Position numbers and translations under genes: made by a program. From an uncultured Gammaproteobacteria bacterium (lineage in GTDB: Bacteria; Patescibacteriota; Patescibacteriia; SG8-24), in contig CAZAOV010000002.1 of assembly GCA_964486995.1 (NCBI GenBank), positions 26,559-90,558 of the forward strand: DNA of 64,000 nt, read 5' to 3'. The notes under the pieces were generated by a model that searched no databases, was not told where the DNA came from, and worked only from the letters and a program-made list of their open reading frames with translations. Position 1 is the first letter of the stretch, and the number at the start of each line of letters is the position of its first letter. Below, one piece after another: positions 9,926 to 20,187 of the stretch.

Positions 9926-11818
9926 TTACTTGCCTGGATTCTGGTACTTGTATGACTTCTTCATTGCCTTCCAGAATACGTCCTTATGCAGGCAGTGCTC
10001 TGGATTCGAACCGTCACAATCTTTGTTCTTGAGCAAGTTAGTGGGCTGTTCAAAAGTGTGATCATATGAATAGCGGTCAGGATCAGCGGTTAGGTTTTTA
10101 ACCACGGCCTTATGCGCCGCATCTACGTCACCACCGTGTCCGACCAGCTCTTCTTCCATCGCTTCGTTGTAAATTTTCACCAGTCCGCGGAACTCGGCTG
10201 ATTTAGCGTTACGCTTTACCTCATCGATGGCCTCGCCCAGAATCGCGGCAGTCGGACCAGCAGCTGAAGACTCAAACATGTCGCCGAACGTCTCCTCGAT
10301 AATTTTATTTTTTATCTCTTCGGAAATCTTGTCGCCCGCCTCACCCAAAACCTTATCAGTCACTTCCCAAAAATCTTGATCAGCCTTAGACAAACCCTGA
10401 TTAACCGCTTTTTGTCTCTCCAGCATCTTCTGGTAGAACCGCAGCTGCTGATCAAGCTTCTTTTCCTTGACGGTATCGTTCATACGCCAGAACTTCAGCT
10501 TGTCCACTAGCTCACCAGCTTGCTCGCCAATCCCCTTCTTCAAAATCTCCTTCGGTGTCATCTGCTCGATGTCGTACTCCGGGTTGTTGCGAATATTAAG
10601 CGCAGCTTTTATTTTCTCGTACTGTTCTTTGGTCATCTGCACCTCGCGCTCACGCAACTTGTTGTTGAGCTCGATTAGCTCTTTTTTGGTCTTGTCGTTA
10701 ATCTCGCCAGACACCCAATCGCCTATAATATCCTGATTCACCGGATCAGACAGCCGCTCATAACTTTCTTTATTGTATGGTGTCATCGTAGCAACCATAT
10801 CGTCGCGCATCTTTTCTAATCCGGACAGCTGCTTCTGTAGCCCCTCGTCAGCACCCTTCTCCAATTCTTTCTTGACCAGCTCAATCTGCTTATCGACATC
10901 CATTACTTTGGTCGGCGTAATCTTCGGACCGACTTTGTTGATGCACTGTTGCTTGGAAGTTCCGGTTAGCATCTGACACCCGGTTGCGTTCTCATTCTCC
11001 ACGGCAGTCGATAAAATGCATTCTTCTTTGCTGTAAGAACCAATACCCCCCTCGATGCGATCGCACGTCGACAGGTCACCGGTATTCTGCGCCACCATCA
11101 TGTAACACTTGTCACGCGGCGGATTGGAGCTAGTGTAACCCTCGGGCGGCTTGACCTTGTCGCACTTATCCGGATCACCCGATGCCACTGCCGCCTCTTG
11201 CGGGCAGTGCACCTCGTCCGTGCTGCCGATGCAGGCAAGCTCTTGTATCTGCGCCAATAGGCTACAGCCCGGCAAAAACACCAAGGCGGCCAGCAATACG
11301 GTCGCGAGCTTAGCTTCCTTCTTGTTGTTCCGCACCAACCGAATCAATGACGGCAACAGGAGCAGCACCACAACCAGCAATAAAGCAAACACCGACGCCA
11401 CCAACAACGGCCGACCAACAAACATAATCACGCCGATGGCAATGGCTGAATATCTATTCTCGAAATAAATCAATTCGACCGCAAACGCCAACCACACGCC
11501 ATAAACCAACAGCATCGCAATCGCATGAGTCCAAGCGATCTTCGCCACCTTTATCGCTTTGAGCAAGCCGAACAAAATCATCGAAACAACAAAAGACAGC
11601 AACCCCACAGCAAGCCCGGCCAACGCACCCCAGGATTCAGATATATTCATCATCCGGTCGATGGCATTTGAGCCAAAGTAGCGCAAGCTGGGCACTTCAT
11701 TGGTGGCTTGCAGATAATCAACCTGCAAATCCAACCGATACAAATAAAAATACGCTACGTACGCCGCGACGAAACCCAGAAAAACGACTAAATATTTTAG
11801 GAAATTTTTGACTTTCAT
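9926..11818 (-). CDS. multi-pass membrane protein with extracellular Cys-rich repeats and helical C-terminus
   Basis: Start refined to MKVKN; about 5-6 hydrophobic segments, VFLPGC, then repeated C..C..C motifs. Confidence 0.8.
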   Translation of the reverse strand: MKVKNFLKYLVVFLGFVAAYVAYFYLYRLDLQVDYLQATNEVPSLRYFGSNAIDRMMNISESWGALAGLAVGLLSFVVSMILFGLLKAIKVAKIAWTHAIAMLLVYGVWLAFAVELIYFENRYSAIAIGVIMFVGRPLLVASVFALLLVVVLLLLPSLIRLVRNNKKEAKLATVLLAALVFLPGCSLLAQIQELACIGSTDEVHCPQEAAVASGDPDKCDKVKPPEGYTSSNPPRDKCYMMVAQNTGDLSTCDRIEGGIGSYSKEECILSTAVENENATGCQMLTGTSKQQCINKVGPKITPTKVMDVDKQIELVKKELEKGADEGLQKQLSGLEKMRDDMVATMTPYNKESYERLSDPVNQDIIGDWVSGEINDKTKKELIELNNKLREREVQMTKEQYEKIKAALNIRNNPEYDIEQMTPKEILKKGIGEQAGELVDKLKFWRMNDTVKEKKLDQQLRFYQKMLERQKAVNQGLSKADQDFWEVTDKVLGEAGDKISEEIKNKIIEETFGDMFESSAAGPTAAILGEAIDEVKRNAKSAEFRGLVKIYNEAMEEELVGHGGDVDAAHKAVVKNLTADPDRYSYDHTFEQPTNLLKNKDCDGSNPEHCLHKDVFWKAMKKSYKYQNPGK

Positions 11819-11956
11819 AATATATAGATAAGCGATACTGACTGGAAGTATAGCATGAATTAAGGCAATCAAGGGCGACGTTACCCTAATCACGACAACA
11901 TGATTGACCGTCCCAATCACAAAAAAAGCTGCACCAAATTTGGCGCAGCGTTAAAT

Positions 11957-12310
11957 TTAGCCGCTGGCGATAGTCCAGCTCCCCAGAATCACTCCGGCCA
12001 GCATGATGCCACAGCCAATATAGACCGATGCGGCCCAGGTCAAGCCGAGCAAAACAGCAACCGGCGCAGTGAGCGTAGCCACAACCGCGACCACTGCCAC
12101 GATAAACATGGCGATGATGCCGCTGTCGTTGCCGTTGGTGTTATCGATGAGGTGTCCGAGCAAGAACCAGAACAGTCCGGTCAAAACGCAGATTCCGCCC
12201 ATCACCAAAAACGCAGAATCAGCCCCGCTCGGAATCCAACCCTGATTAACGCACATGCCGGCAAGCATAACCAACATGCCAATCACCAAACCAGCGAAAA
12301 ACTTACCCAT
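11957..12310 (-). CDS. small integral membrane protein (about 4 TM)
   Basis: Start MGKFF after SD aaggaggg; almost entirely hydrophobic. Confidence 0.7.
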   Translation of the reverse strand: MGKFFAGLVIGMLVMLAGMCVNQGWIPSGADSAFLVMGGICVLTGLFWFLLGHLIDNTNGNDSGIIAMFIVAVVAVVATLTAPVAVLLGLTWAASVYIGCGIMLAGVILGSWTIASG

Positions 12311-12471
12311 TGCACCCTCCTTTAGATAAACACGGACTAAATACGGCATGCGGCACTTAACGAGCCGGCAACATAAGGGTGAGGCAGCCGAAAGATTATT
12401 ATCTGGTTTGACTCCGAACAAATTCCACCATAAAGTTAACGAGTTCTTTAATTGAAAAAACGGAGGCAAAA

Positions 12472-12987
12472 ATGTCATCGTTCGGCCAGCAATTGTTTGA
12501 CGGTTACCTTCAGCGCAACAGCACCGTAAAAATACCGGAACATATCATGGATGCGATGCACGATTTTCTGGTGTATGTCGCCGGCCCCATGCTCGAAGAG
12601 TTCATCAGCGAGCCAGCCAAGCCGTACGCCTATGCTCGCAGCATGATTCGCTACATGGAAGAGATGTGTTCGGATGAAGGCTTGATTGACGTTTGCAACG
12701 AAGAAACGGGCCATGACTTTGACGCCGATGAAATGCGCGCATCTAGCGAGCTGCTGCACAACACGCTCCTGCAAGGCATGGAAATTCTGACTAGCCGGTG
12801 CGACGCGTCCGATGTGACCGACGAGTTGGACCTGCTGGGCATGTCCATCGGCGAGCTTATGGCTAACTGTAGAAAAATTCTGATTGTATCTAAAAGCGTC
12901 GTGGATTTGGCGCGACTGGAACAAGGATCGAATATCACTTTACGTGAAATCTGGCTGAATTACGACCCACCAATTACCCTAACCTGA
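12472..12987 (+). CDS. hypothetical protein, divergent member of paralog family X
   Basis: SD ggagg; EPA and MSIGELM motifs resemble the 17356/23377/24861 proteins; terminator follows. Confidence 0.7.
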   Translation: MSSFGQQLFDGYLQRNSTVKIPEHIMDAMHDFLVYVAGPMLEEFISEPAKPYAYARSMIRYMEEMCSDEGLIDVCNEETGHDFDADEMRASSELLHNTLLQGMEILTSRCDASDVTDELDLLGMSIGELMANCRKILIVSKSVVDLARLEQGSNITLREIWLNYDPPITLT

Positions 12988-13117
12988 AAAAACCCCGCAC
13001 TTGCGGGGCTTTATTTATCCCCTAATTATTGCTAATTCGCATATTAAAAATCATCTATCGCGGTTGCCAGAACAAATTACCGTTATACAATTAAACGAAC
13101 AACTTAACCATCCACAT

Positions 13118-15172
13118 ATGACCGTTGAACGACGCGACACCATCCCCCCACCCCTACCGGAAAGCTCTCGTAACAAGCTGCCGCACAATGAAGATGAAAC
13201 TGAGGAACTCTCCGATGAGGACATGTTGTCTGTTGAGGACCAGGATAACGCAACCAGAGTATTATCTGAAAAAGACATGATGCCCCTTGAGGAACAAACT
13301 CTTGAGGCTGACGTGAAATCGCCTGGAACGAAACGTTTTTCTCAGGCAGAACTCCTGGGTGTCGAAGAAACTGGCGAGGCTTTAAATGCGCACGCAGAAG
13401 AATTACATCGCGCCAAAACCAAATTATTGCCTAGAGATGAGGAAAATATTGAAATTGATGTAGATGCCGGGGACGAAAAAACTCCAATCATATCTCGCGA
13501 CAAGTTGGTTAAAGTTGGTTCAAAAGTATACGTCTTACCCAAAGAGCCGCACACCGTAATCGCGTCAGAAAAAGAGCACGGCGGAGAATCAAGCGTTGGG
13601 CTAAAAATAGAAGTTATAGCTACCCGCTTTGGCCACCTAAAAGCGGACAGACTATCCGACAACGAGAAATTTAATGACGAAATCAAGGATCTGACCGATT
13701 TTGTTGAGAGCAGCCAAGAAGCGGAAGACCAGATTAAAAAAATCATAGAGATTCAGTCCACTAACAGGGAGGGTGCGCCACTGCTCAGAACCGAGGCCGG
13801 CAAAATCGCCTTCGCACGCTTGGGTATTCAGCTTTTTGAGCGCGCCCCGCGCGGGTTCGCGGAAAAATTTGGCGTCGGACATCAAATGTTCACTCCGCGT
13901 CTGGAGAGAATTCAAATCGTGAAAGACCTGGCGCAAAAATCAGAAAAAGGTGAGGCGGAAGAAATCGAGGACCTGCTGGTGAACGGCATAATTCTACCCG
14001 ATGAGGTAATGGGTGTATTGCATGAATTAGACGAGGAAAACTCGGGTGAACTAGAGAAGAAGATTATGGACGCAGAAGTCGGTCCACTCGCCGAAGTTAA
14101 AGAACGAATCGAATTCATAAAAGGGTATGAACGCATTCGAGAACGGCTGTCCGAGGCTGTAGCAGAGGAAATGCCGGAGTTGGCGGGATTCGAGGCAGAC
14201 CGGAAAGAAAACGAGCGACTGCTGAACCAAAAAACAATCAAGACCACAGCCATCGGCACCGGCATATCCGCACCGCAGTATTTGCGCACTTACGGTTTGA
14301 ACAGTGTCTATAAGCCGGCGTTGCATGAACCAGGCAACGAGAACGGCGATGGTACCGGCGGCATCCATTTTAGACTCAGCCTGCGGCGGGATGAATCCCT
14401 AGGTAGCGAAGTGATGGCCGGAATTGTCGGCATGCTGTCCGGCATGAAGCGCGTGCCAGAGACAATCCTGGCTAACGGACCTGGAGGTGTCGGTATTAGG
14501 CAGAAATGGGTGAGCGGAAAGCCAGCATCGCGAATGTTCCCCCACTGGGCCGAGCCGGATGGAATTCGTGACAATTTCCGAGACGACATGGAAGACGTAG
14601 TCGCACTGGATATTCAAATCAATAACTCTGATCGGCACCTAAACAACTTGAATGTGGATATCGAAAAGCAACAGGTCCTGCCGTTTGATCACGCGCTGTC
14701 GCAAGTCGACCAGAACATGAACCCTAAAGATGCGCTGGCTGACTTTTGCGCGGAAAATAACCGTACTGTCGATACCCTAACCGAAGAAGAACGAAAAAAA
14801 TATTTGAGCGCTATCCGCAACCGACTCAGAAATGACGATGTAATGTGTGTCCCGCAATACCTCATCGAAGGCGACGAAATCAATCCAGACCTAGCCAAAA
14901 GACTGGCGCGAGTCAAAGAGGTTATCGAAAGCAACGGAAAGGTGTCGGCGGCCGTACGCGATATGTACCGCCACTTCTACAAAGAAAAGGGTAAAGGCGA
15001 CCGGCTGATGGAAAATTGGCAACAGCGGCTTGGGGATCTAGTGCAGAACGGTAAATTCCCCGGCGTTTCACCTATATTTAAAGTCACTCGTGAAGCGGCA
15101 ATAGTGAGAAGAATCGCCAAGCTGAAAGGAATGCGGGAACAAGGTGCCACGATTGACAAACCTGTTAATTAA
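13118..15172 (+). CDS. large protein with acidic N-terminus and C-terminal PI3/4-kinase-like (HipA/CtkA-like) domain
   Basis: VYKP, SEVMA, DIQINNSDRHLNN (catalytic DRH..N), PFDHAL. Confidence 0.75.
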   Translation: MTVERRDTIPPPLPESSRNKLPHNEDETEELSDEDMLSVEDQDNATRVLSEKDMMPLEEQTLEADVKSPGTKRFSQAELLGVEETGEALNAHAEELHRAKTKLLPRDEENIEIDVDAGDEKTPIISRDKLVKVGSKVYVLPKEPHTVIASEKEHGGESSVGLKIEVIATRFGHLKADRLSDNEKFNDEIKDLTDFVESSQEAEDQIKKIIEIQSTNREGAPLLRTEAGKIAFARLGIQLFERAPRGFAEKFGVGHQMFTPRLERIQIVKDLAQKSEKGEAEEIEDLLVNGIILPDEVMGVLHELDEENSGELEKKIMDAEVGPLAEVKERIEFIKGYERIRERLSEAVAEEMPELAGFEADRKENERLLNQKTIKTTAIGTGISAPQYLRTYGLNSVYKPALHEPGNENGDGTGGIHFRLSLRRDESLGSEVMAGIVGMLSGMKRVPETILANGPGGVGIRQKWVSGKPASRMFPHWAEPDGIRDNFRDDMEDVVALDIQINNSDRHLNNLNVDIEKQQVLPFDHALSQVDQNMNPKDALADFCAENNRTVDTLTEEERKKYLSAIRNRLRNDDVMCVPQYLIEGDEINPDLAKRLARVKEVIESNGKVSAAVRDMYRHFYKEKGKGDRLMENWQQRLGDLVQNGKFPGVSPIFKVTREAAIVRRIAKLKGMREQGATIDKPVN

Positions 15173-15218
15173 TGATATGATGCCCTGTTCATTTCTTGGG
15201 GCTCAAAAGGATAAACCT

Positions 15219-15464
15219 ATGAAATACGTTGAAATCACGGAGTTCAATCCAGAGACGGAAAAAAATGAACCGTACGCGAAAGCGGTTCTGAACGAGGATG
15301 GTACAATCGCTTTCGAAGGCGAACCCGATATCTTCCCGGATGAAATCGTTGTTCCCGGTCGGGAACAACCGGTCACCACCGCTGATGGCGTCGAGTATCT
15401 GAACGCCCTAGAGCACGAATTCAATTCACCGGGGGCAATGGCTACCGGCATCATCGAAGGCTAA
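15219..15464 (+). CDS. small acidic protein downstream of the kinase, possible immunity/partner
   Basis: Start MKYVEI, 81 aa, 46 nt after the kinase stop. Confidence 0.7.
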   Translation: MKYVEITEFNPETEKNEPYAKAVLNEDGTIAFEGEPDIFPDEIVVPGREQPVTTADGVEYLNALEHEFNSPGAMATGIIEG

Positions 15465-15730
15465 CGTGCGGAAATAAAAAACGAGCTGCCTGTTGGGTAG
15501 CTCTTCTTTTTTCGACCAAGCTGCTTTTGCGAATTTTTTGTGCCTGTCCTCGGTGACTGGTCGATTTTCAGATAGCCCGGTCCGCGATTGACGAAAATTT
15601 CGGCAATGATGTCCAACCAGCTTCCATCAGTGAATTCGACTCGGCTTCCCCTGATGCCGCTCAATTCCTTGTCGGAATATACCTCCCGCCCCAACAACGT
15701 CAGCACACCATTTACAAGCTCGGCTGTCAT
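15461..15730 (-). CDS. hypothetical protein, possibly C-terminally truncated
   Basis: Strong SD ggaggagg; beta-rich N-terminal part, then a low-complexity tail running through a terminator-like sequence. Confidence 0.55.
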   Translation of the reverse strand: MTAELVNGVLTLLGREVYSDKELSGIRGSRVEFTDGSWLDIIAEIFVNRGPGYLKIDQSPRTGTKNSQKQLGRKKKSYPTGSSFFISAR

Positions 15731-15933
15731 TATTCCTCCTCCGCCAAAGTCAATTGACCGGTGACCTTAACTCAATTAGTTTTGAGTATTAATAACGCGA
15801 TGGCGATTTTTTTAAATTAGACAATGATCAGCGAATATGCGAATAGGCAGAGGCAAACCCCCGACATAAGACTGGGGCAGGATCTACAGCTACTTAACAA
15901 AAAAACGCGCCCGATAAAAAGCGCGTTAACTGC

Positions 15934-16605
15934 TCATTCGCTGCAATCGCAACAACAATCATAGATGAGGCAAAAAGCGTCCAGGTCCGCATCAGTTAGA
16001 TATTCAACGCCCTGATAGATATTCGGCCCAACGGAATTCATCACCGCCGGTCTATGATTAATGTGCAGCAGTCCGACCATATGCCCCAGCTCGTGCAGCG
16101 TCGTGTTATGAACCATGCCGTAATTCATATTATCGACATACCAATCAACATGAAACGCTTCGATTTCCCCCTCGGCAATCTGTCGGCTATATTCTTCGCG
16201 TAAATTCGCGAAGTGATCATCCAACTTATACATCACCAGGAAGGCGTCGCCCAATGGGCTGTAGCCGCCGACACCGCCGCTGTCGGAGTACAAATCCTGA
16301 AGATACTGCTCGTCCGGAACCGGCTCGCTGATGCGATAGATGCTATGACGGCCGTCTTCGTAGTCGTGCTCGTTGAATGTGTCGTCGTGTGTGCCAACGA
16401 TAACGAAAATCTCGTTGCCGTAGGCGTAACGCGCACCAGCCCAAAGATTCCAGTGAGCGACCACATCCGCAATCGCCTCCTGCTCCAATTCGCTGAAATC
16501 TTCATCGACGTAAAGCTCGACGGGCAAATCTTGATAATCAGTACAGCCCGAGACTGCTGGCGTCAACAGCGCTACAGCTAGAACGAATAACCAACACCGA
16601 CCCAT
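15934..16605 (-). CDS. matrixin-like (M10) zinc metalloprotease lipoprotein
   Basis: Lipobox-like VSGC; HELGHMVGLLH (HExxHxxGxxH); Met-turn AVMN. Confidence 0.85.
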   Translation of the reverse strand: MGRCWLFVLAVALLTPAVSGCTDYQDLPVELYVDEDFSELEQEAIADVVAHWNLWAGARYAYGNEIFVIVGTHDDTFNEHDYEDGRHSIYRISEPVPDEQYLQDLYSDSGGVGGYSPLGDAFLVMYKLDDHFANLREEYSRQIAEGEIEAFHVDWYVDNMNYGMVHNTTLHELGHMVGLLHINHRPAVMNSVGPNIYQGVEYLTDADLDAFCLIYDCCCDCSE

Positions 16606-17135
16606 GTCTGCACTCCTGCTGCTGCGTTCGCATAGATTCGCCGGGCAAAATCACCGTACCAACCGATGGTTTTAGTCGGTTCTGGCAGGAACATTCGGCA
16701 ATCCACAGTGAGCCACCATCGGTCAGCGAATTGCCACTCCACGCCCAAGCCAAAGGTAATGTCCACCGCGCGTTCCACATCAGGTCGCACGATACGCAAC
16801 TCTTGATCCCAAGAGTAAAACACCCCGGGGTCGAGCAGGTGCACTCGAACGCGATCACTGCGATACACGTCCAAAAGCAAATTGGCACCGACGCCCCAAG
16901 GAGCATAGAAACCGAATTCCAATCCGAGCGGAGTTTCCGGAATACGACGCAAGCGCGCCACCATCAACAGACCGCCACGATTGGGGTATCCCCCACCGAC
17001 CGCACCGACCAACAGCAGATCAATCGCTTCTGCTTCTGGCGTATCGCCCTCGGCCTGAGCGAAAGAGTCATCGGGCACCGACAGAATCAGGGCAGCTAGA
17101 ACCGCGGCGACTGCCATATCGAGCCGTTTAGTCAC
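16578..17135 (-). CDS. outer-membrane beta-barrel-like secreted protein
   Basis: Signal peptide, alternating aromatic/hydrophobic strands, C-terminal GVGYSF; overlaps the protease gene. Confidence 0.6.
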   Translation of the reverse strand: MTKRLDMAVAAVLAALILSVPDDSFAQAEGDTPEAEAIDLLLVGAVGGGYPNRGGLLMVARLRRIPETPLGLEFGFYAPWGVGANLLLDVYRSDRVRVHLLDPGVFYSWDQELRIVRPDVERAVDITFGLGVEWQFADRWWLTVDCRMFLPEPTKTIGWYGDFARRIYANAAAGVQTWVGVGYSF

Positions 17136-17355
17136 TTGAACCCCTCTCTATTTAAAGGCCTATTCGCACCTCAGCAATATTAGGCTTAATTGTCAATAAG
17201 CGGATAGTCTCCGGCGCAAGCTAATTTTTGAGAATCGTTTTCAGAAAGTTGAGTTGCATGTTGAGGGTTGCAAAAAATATATATTCACGAGCGGTTTGCA
17301 GCTGGAGGCATGGAATTCTTGACACTCCGCCACGACAACCTAAGATGAAAAACAG

Positions 17356-17895
17356 GTGACCAAAATGAATCGCTCAATTAAAAAAGCCGTATGGCAAGCC
17401 GTTCTTCGCGAAAAAATTGGCGAGTGCATGCGCCCGGAAATCAAACGAACTTTCGCTCGCTTCATCCTGAAGCTTTATCTGCCAGCCGTAGAACCAATGT
17501 GGAATGAACCGGCCACTTTCGGCTACATCATCAAGGCCACGCATCTGTATCATCGTCTGATGCGCGACAGCGGCGTGCTGCAAGAGTTCACTAACAAGTA
17601 CACCGGCTCACCGATCGGCGAGACCAAGAAAACGCACTTGGAATGCCTGGCTAGAATTGCCGACGACAACGTGCGGATTTTGGAGCTGGCGCTGGATGAC
17701 CCGGCCGGCTACCTAACCTCTCGCAACATGAGCGAACGTGATGCCCTGGAAGAATTTCGTGTGGTCGGCCAGGATGCGGACGATGCGCTGTCCGGCAACC
17801 TCACCATCGGCAAAATGCTCATGACCAGACCACAAATTATCTTGACTACTTTCTGGTCATTCTTCACCTTCGGTTCGCGTATGAAACCGTTTTAA
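17356..17895 (+). CDS. hypothetical protein, paralog family X
   Basis: WQAV, WNEPA, SERD, LTIGKML..PQIIL; TTGACA promoter at 17319. Confidence 0.75.
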   Translation: MTKMNRSIKKAVWQAVLREKIGECMRPEIKRTFARFILKLYLPAVEPMWNEPATFGYIIKATHLYHRLMRDSGVLQEFTNKYTGSPIGETKKTHLECLARIADDNVRILELALDDPAGYLTSRNMSERDALEEFRVVGQDADDALSGNLTIGKMLMTRPQIILTTFWSFFTFGSRMKPF

Positions 17896-17913
17896 AAAAC
17901 ACCGCTCGGATAA

Positions 17914-18099
17914 TTATACCGAGCGGTTTTTGCTACTCAAGAAGGGGCTTGAGCGCTTTGACCAGGACGGCTGCGGCTGTACCAGAAACCTAGTCGGCAC
18001 CCCAATTACATCGGCATCCAAGTCGAGGCGACGACAAGCCTCTTGCACCGCATCGAGCTTCAATTCGCTCATGCTGCCGACGGCGATTTGTAGAGTCAT
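17914..18099 (-). pseudogene. truncated inosine/xanthosine triphosphatase (YjjX/DUF84-like) fragment
   Basis: MTLQIAVGSMSELKLDAV...V..QP matches the family N-terminus, but only 61 aa; SD aggaga. Confidence 0.6.
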
Positions 18100-18221
18100 G
18101 ACCTCTCCTTATCCATCAAATAACGATAAAATATAACGTTTTCTGCTGCCCGTGTCAAGCTTGAAGATGTGACCATAACTTAAAAATACGGTAAAATACA
18201 GGGACAATAAACAACAGTTCT

Positions 18222-19295
18222 ATGCCCACACACATTTTACTCGGTGCGGCGGTGGCGGCTGCGGCCCTGGCCATGATCACCACGGCGGTTGCACTAATTG
18301 TTACCAAGAAAAAACCCGGACAGGCTCCACCGACCATGGCGTTCTTCCCGTTGGTGGCGGCAATATTGGGTATAGTTTTCATTTTGGCTCTACTGCTCAA
18401 CATGAACGAATTCTGCCGAATGCCCAAACAGTCAACCGTTACCGATTCTGCCCAATCGGCATCACCACAACCCAGAATTATACTGCCAGACAAGCGCCCA
18501 CCGGCGCAGGTTTGCGATAAACGCGAGACTTCGAAAGTTGATAGCGGGCGCTACATTATCAGTAAAGACATCTGCATTACCGGATTCAAAAAAGTTGATG
18601 AACAAATTGTCGCGGAAATCGAACGTCAGGAAGAACGGTTTCGGCGAGACATTCAGGCGCCGGAACTCATGCCGCTCAGCAATAAGTTCGTACTGAACCT
18701 GAGCACCGATGAATCAACCTTTGGCCGAATACCTGAGATACAAAGCGTCAAACTTAACATTGACCGTAGCGTCAATGGTGCCCATCCCAGTCTTGAACTG
18801 CGCAGCTGGACCTTCGACCGATTGGCTGATCGCGTGTTAGATTTTGACTTGATGTTCCAGCCGAAAAGCAACCCTAAGTCGAAATTATTCTCATTCGCGA
18901 AAAAACAACTAACCGATACCGAATTTGCGGAAAACAACAGCTGGGATTTTGACAACTTTATGTTTGACGGCAATGAACTGATTTTCTATTTTGCGCCGGG
19001 CGAACTGGCACCGCATGCAGCTGGCATTCAGACCATTGTAATTCCGCTTACCGAAATACAATCGATTTTACGTCCGCCGTTTCTGAATCTTGAGCCAGAC
19101 CCGAAATCAAACGTTTCCGCTCCCTGCGAGGCGGAGGGCGGAAATTGGCTGGCTGAATACGAGGAGTGCGAATATATCGGACGCGACTGGTGCGAACAGC
19201 AGGGCGGAAAATTTCTAGAATGCGAATCGGCCTGTCGGCACGATCCGAATGTCGCGGTTTGCACTATGCAGTGTGTACCCGTTTGTCAGCTGTAG
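18222..19295 (+). CDS. membrane-anchored RsiV/DUF3298-like protein with C-terminal Cys-rich domain
   Basis: Two N-terminal TMs, GAHP, YFAPGELAPHAAG, C-terminal C..C..C cluster. Confidence 0.75.
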   Translation: MPTHILLGAAVAAAALAMITTAVALIVTKKKPGQAPPTMAFFPLVAAILGIVFILALLLNMNEFCRMPKQSTVTDSAQSASPQPRIILPDKRPPAQVCDKRETSKVDSGRYIISKDICITGFKKVDEQIVAEIERQEERFRRDIQAPELMPLSNKFVLNLSTDESTFGRIPEIQSVKLNIDRSVNGAHPSLELRSWTFDRLADRVLDFDLMFQPKSNPKSKLFSFAKKQLTDTEFAENNSWDFDNFMFDGNELIFYFAPGELAPHAAGIQTIVIPLTEIQSILRPPFLNLEPDPKSNVSAPCEAEGGNWLAEYEECEYIGRDWCEQQGGKFLECESACRHDPNVAVCTMQCVPVCQL

Positions 19296-19545
19296 CCATT
19301 TAGACCTCCATCCCACCCCCGCTACATGGGGGTGTTTTTATATGTAATGCAAAAATAATGTCGCATCGCCTGCAGGGATTTTGGGGAACCGGAAATATGG
19401 AAACTCTTATCGTCTCTCTCCCCCTGTAGGGGTGCGGGTCTTGGCTCCGAGCGCCTGCTGAAAATTACCAAGAAAGAGGCACTCGATGACAGGCCACCCT
19501 CAACGAGCACAAAAAAACGACCACAAAAAGCGGTCGTTAAATAAC

Positions 19546-20085
19546 CTATCGCACAGGCCGGCAGTGACCACCCTCTCTTAGCGCCAGCGCATCAGCGAAC
19601 GCCTGAATCCCGTCATAATCCGGCCAATTCACATACACATACGCCGGCTCGTCGGTGTCGTCCATATATGAACGATAATCCGTTTCGGAATCATACGCCT
19701 CGTTTGGCCTACCCGTGTAGCCAAGCCGACAAACCACCGGCAATTCACGGTCCAACATATGATATGTAAGACCCCACTGCACCGAACCGTCATCATCCCA
19801 CACGGTAATAAAAGCCGAGTCACTCATCGAGCGAAAGGCGATATAGTTATGTTGAATCTGGGTCACACGCCAACCCGGTGAAACGCGAAATCGCACATAC
19901 AATCCATCAGTTGGCAAACGCTCAAAAAGTTCGTTTGCCTCAAGCGTGTGTGATGCGCAACCGCCGCCAGCTTGAAGCGGTTCCGCGGCGACGGTGCGGC
20001 AAGACTGTTCGCGTTGAGCTGACTGATTCGTAATCGCACAGCTAGACAGCATGAGCACGGCGACCACAAAGATAAAAGAACGCAT
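19546..20085 (-). CDS. lipoprotein, paralog family Y
   Basis: LSSC lipobox; PGW.V, V.W.L.Y and V..NWP shared with 26275..26889; SD aggagg. Confidence 0.75.
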   Translation of the reverse strand: MRSFIFVVAVLMLSSCAITNQSAQREQSCRTVAAEPLQAGGGCASHTLEANELFERLPTDGLYVRFRVSPGWRVTQIQHNYIAFRSMSDSAFITVWDDDGSVQWGLTYHMLDRELPVVCRLGYTGRPNEAYDSETDYRSYMDDTDEPAYVYVNWPDYDGIQAFADALALREGGHCRPVR

Positions 20086-20187
20086 TTTTACCTCCTAGGA
20101 GTACTACCCTACTCCAACCACGTTCGGTTTACAAGGTGGGTGTATACTACTATATTTAGCGGCTCATTATGGCGAAAGGAACAGTTG

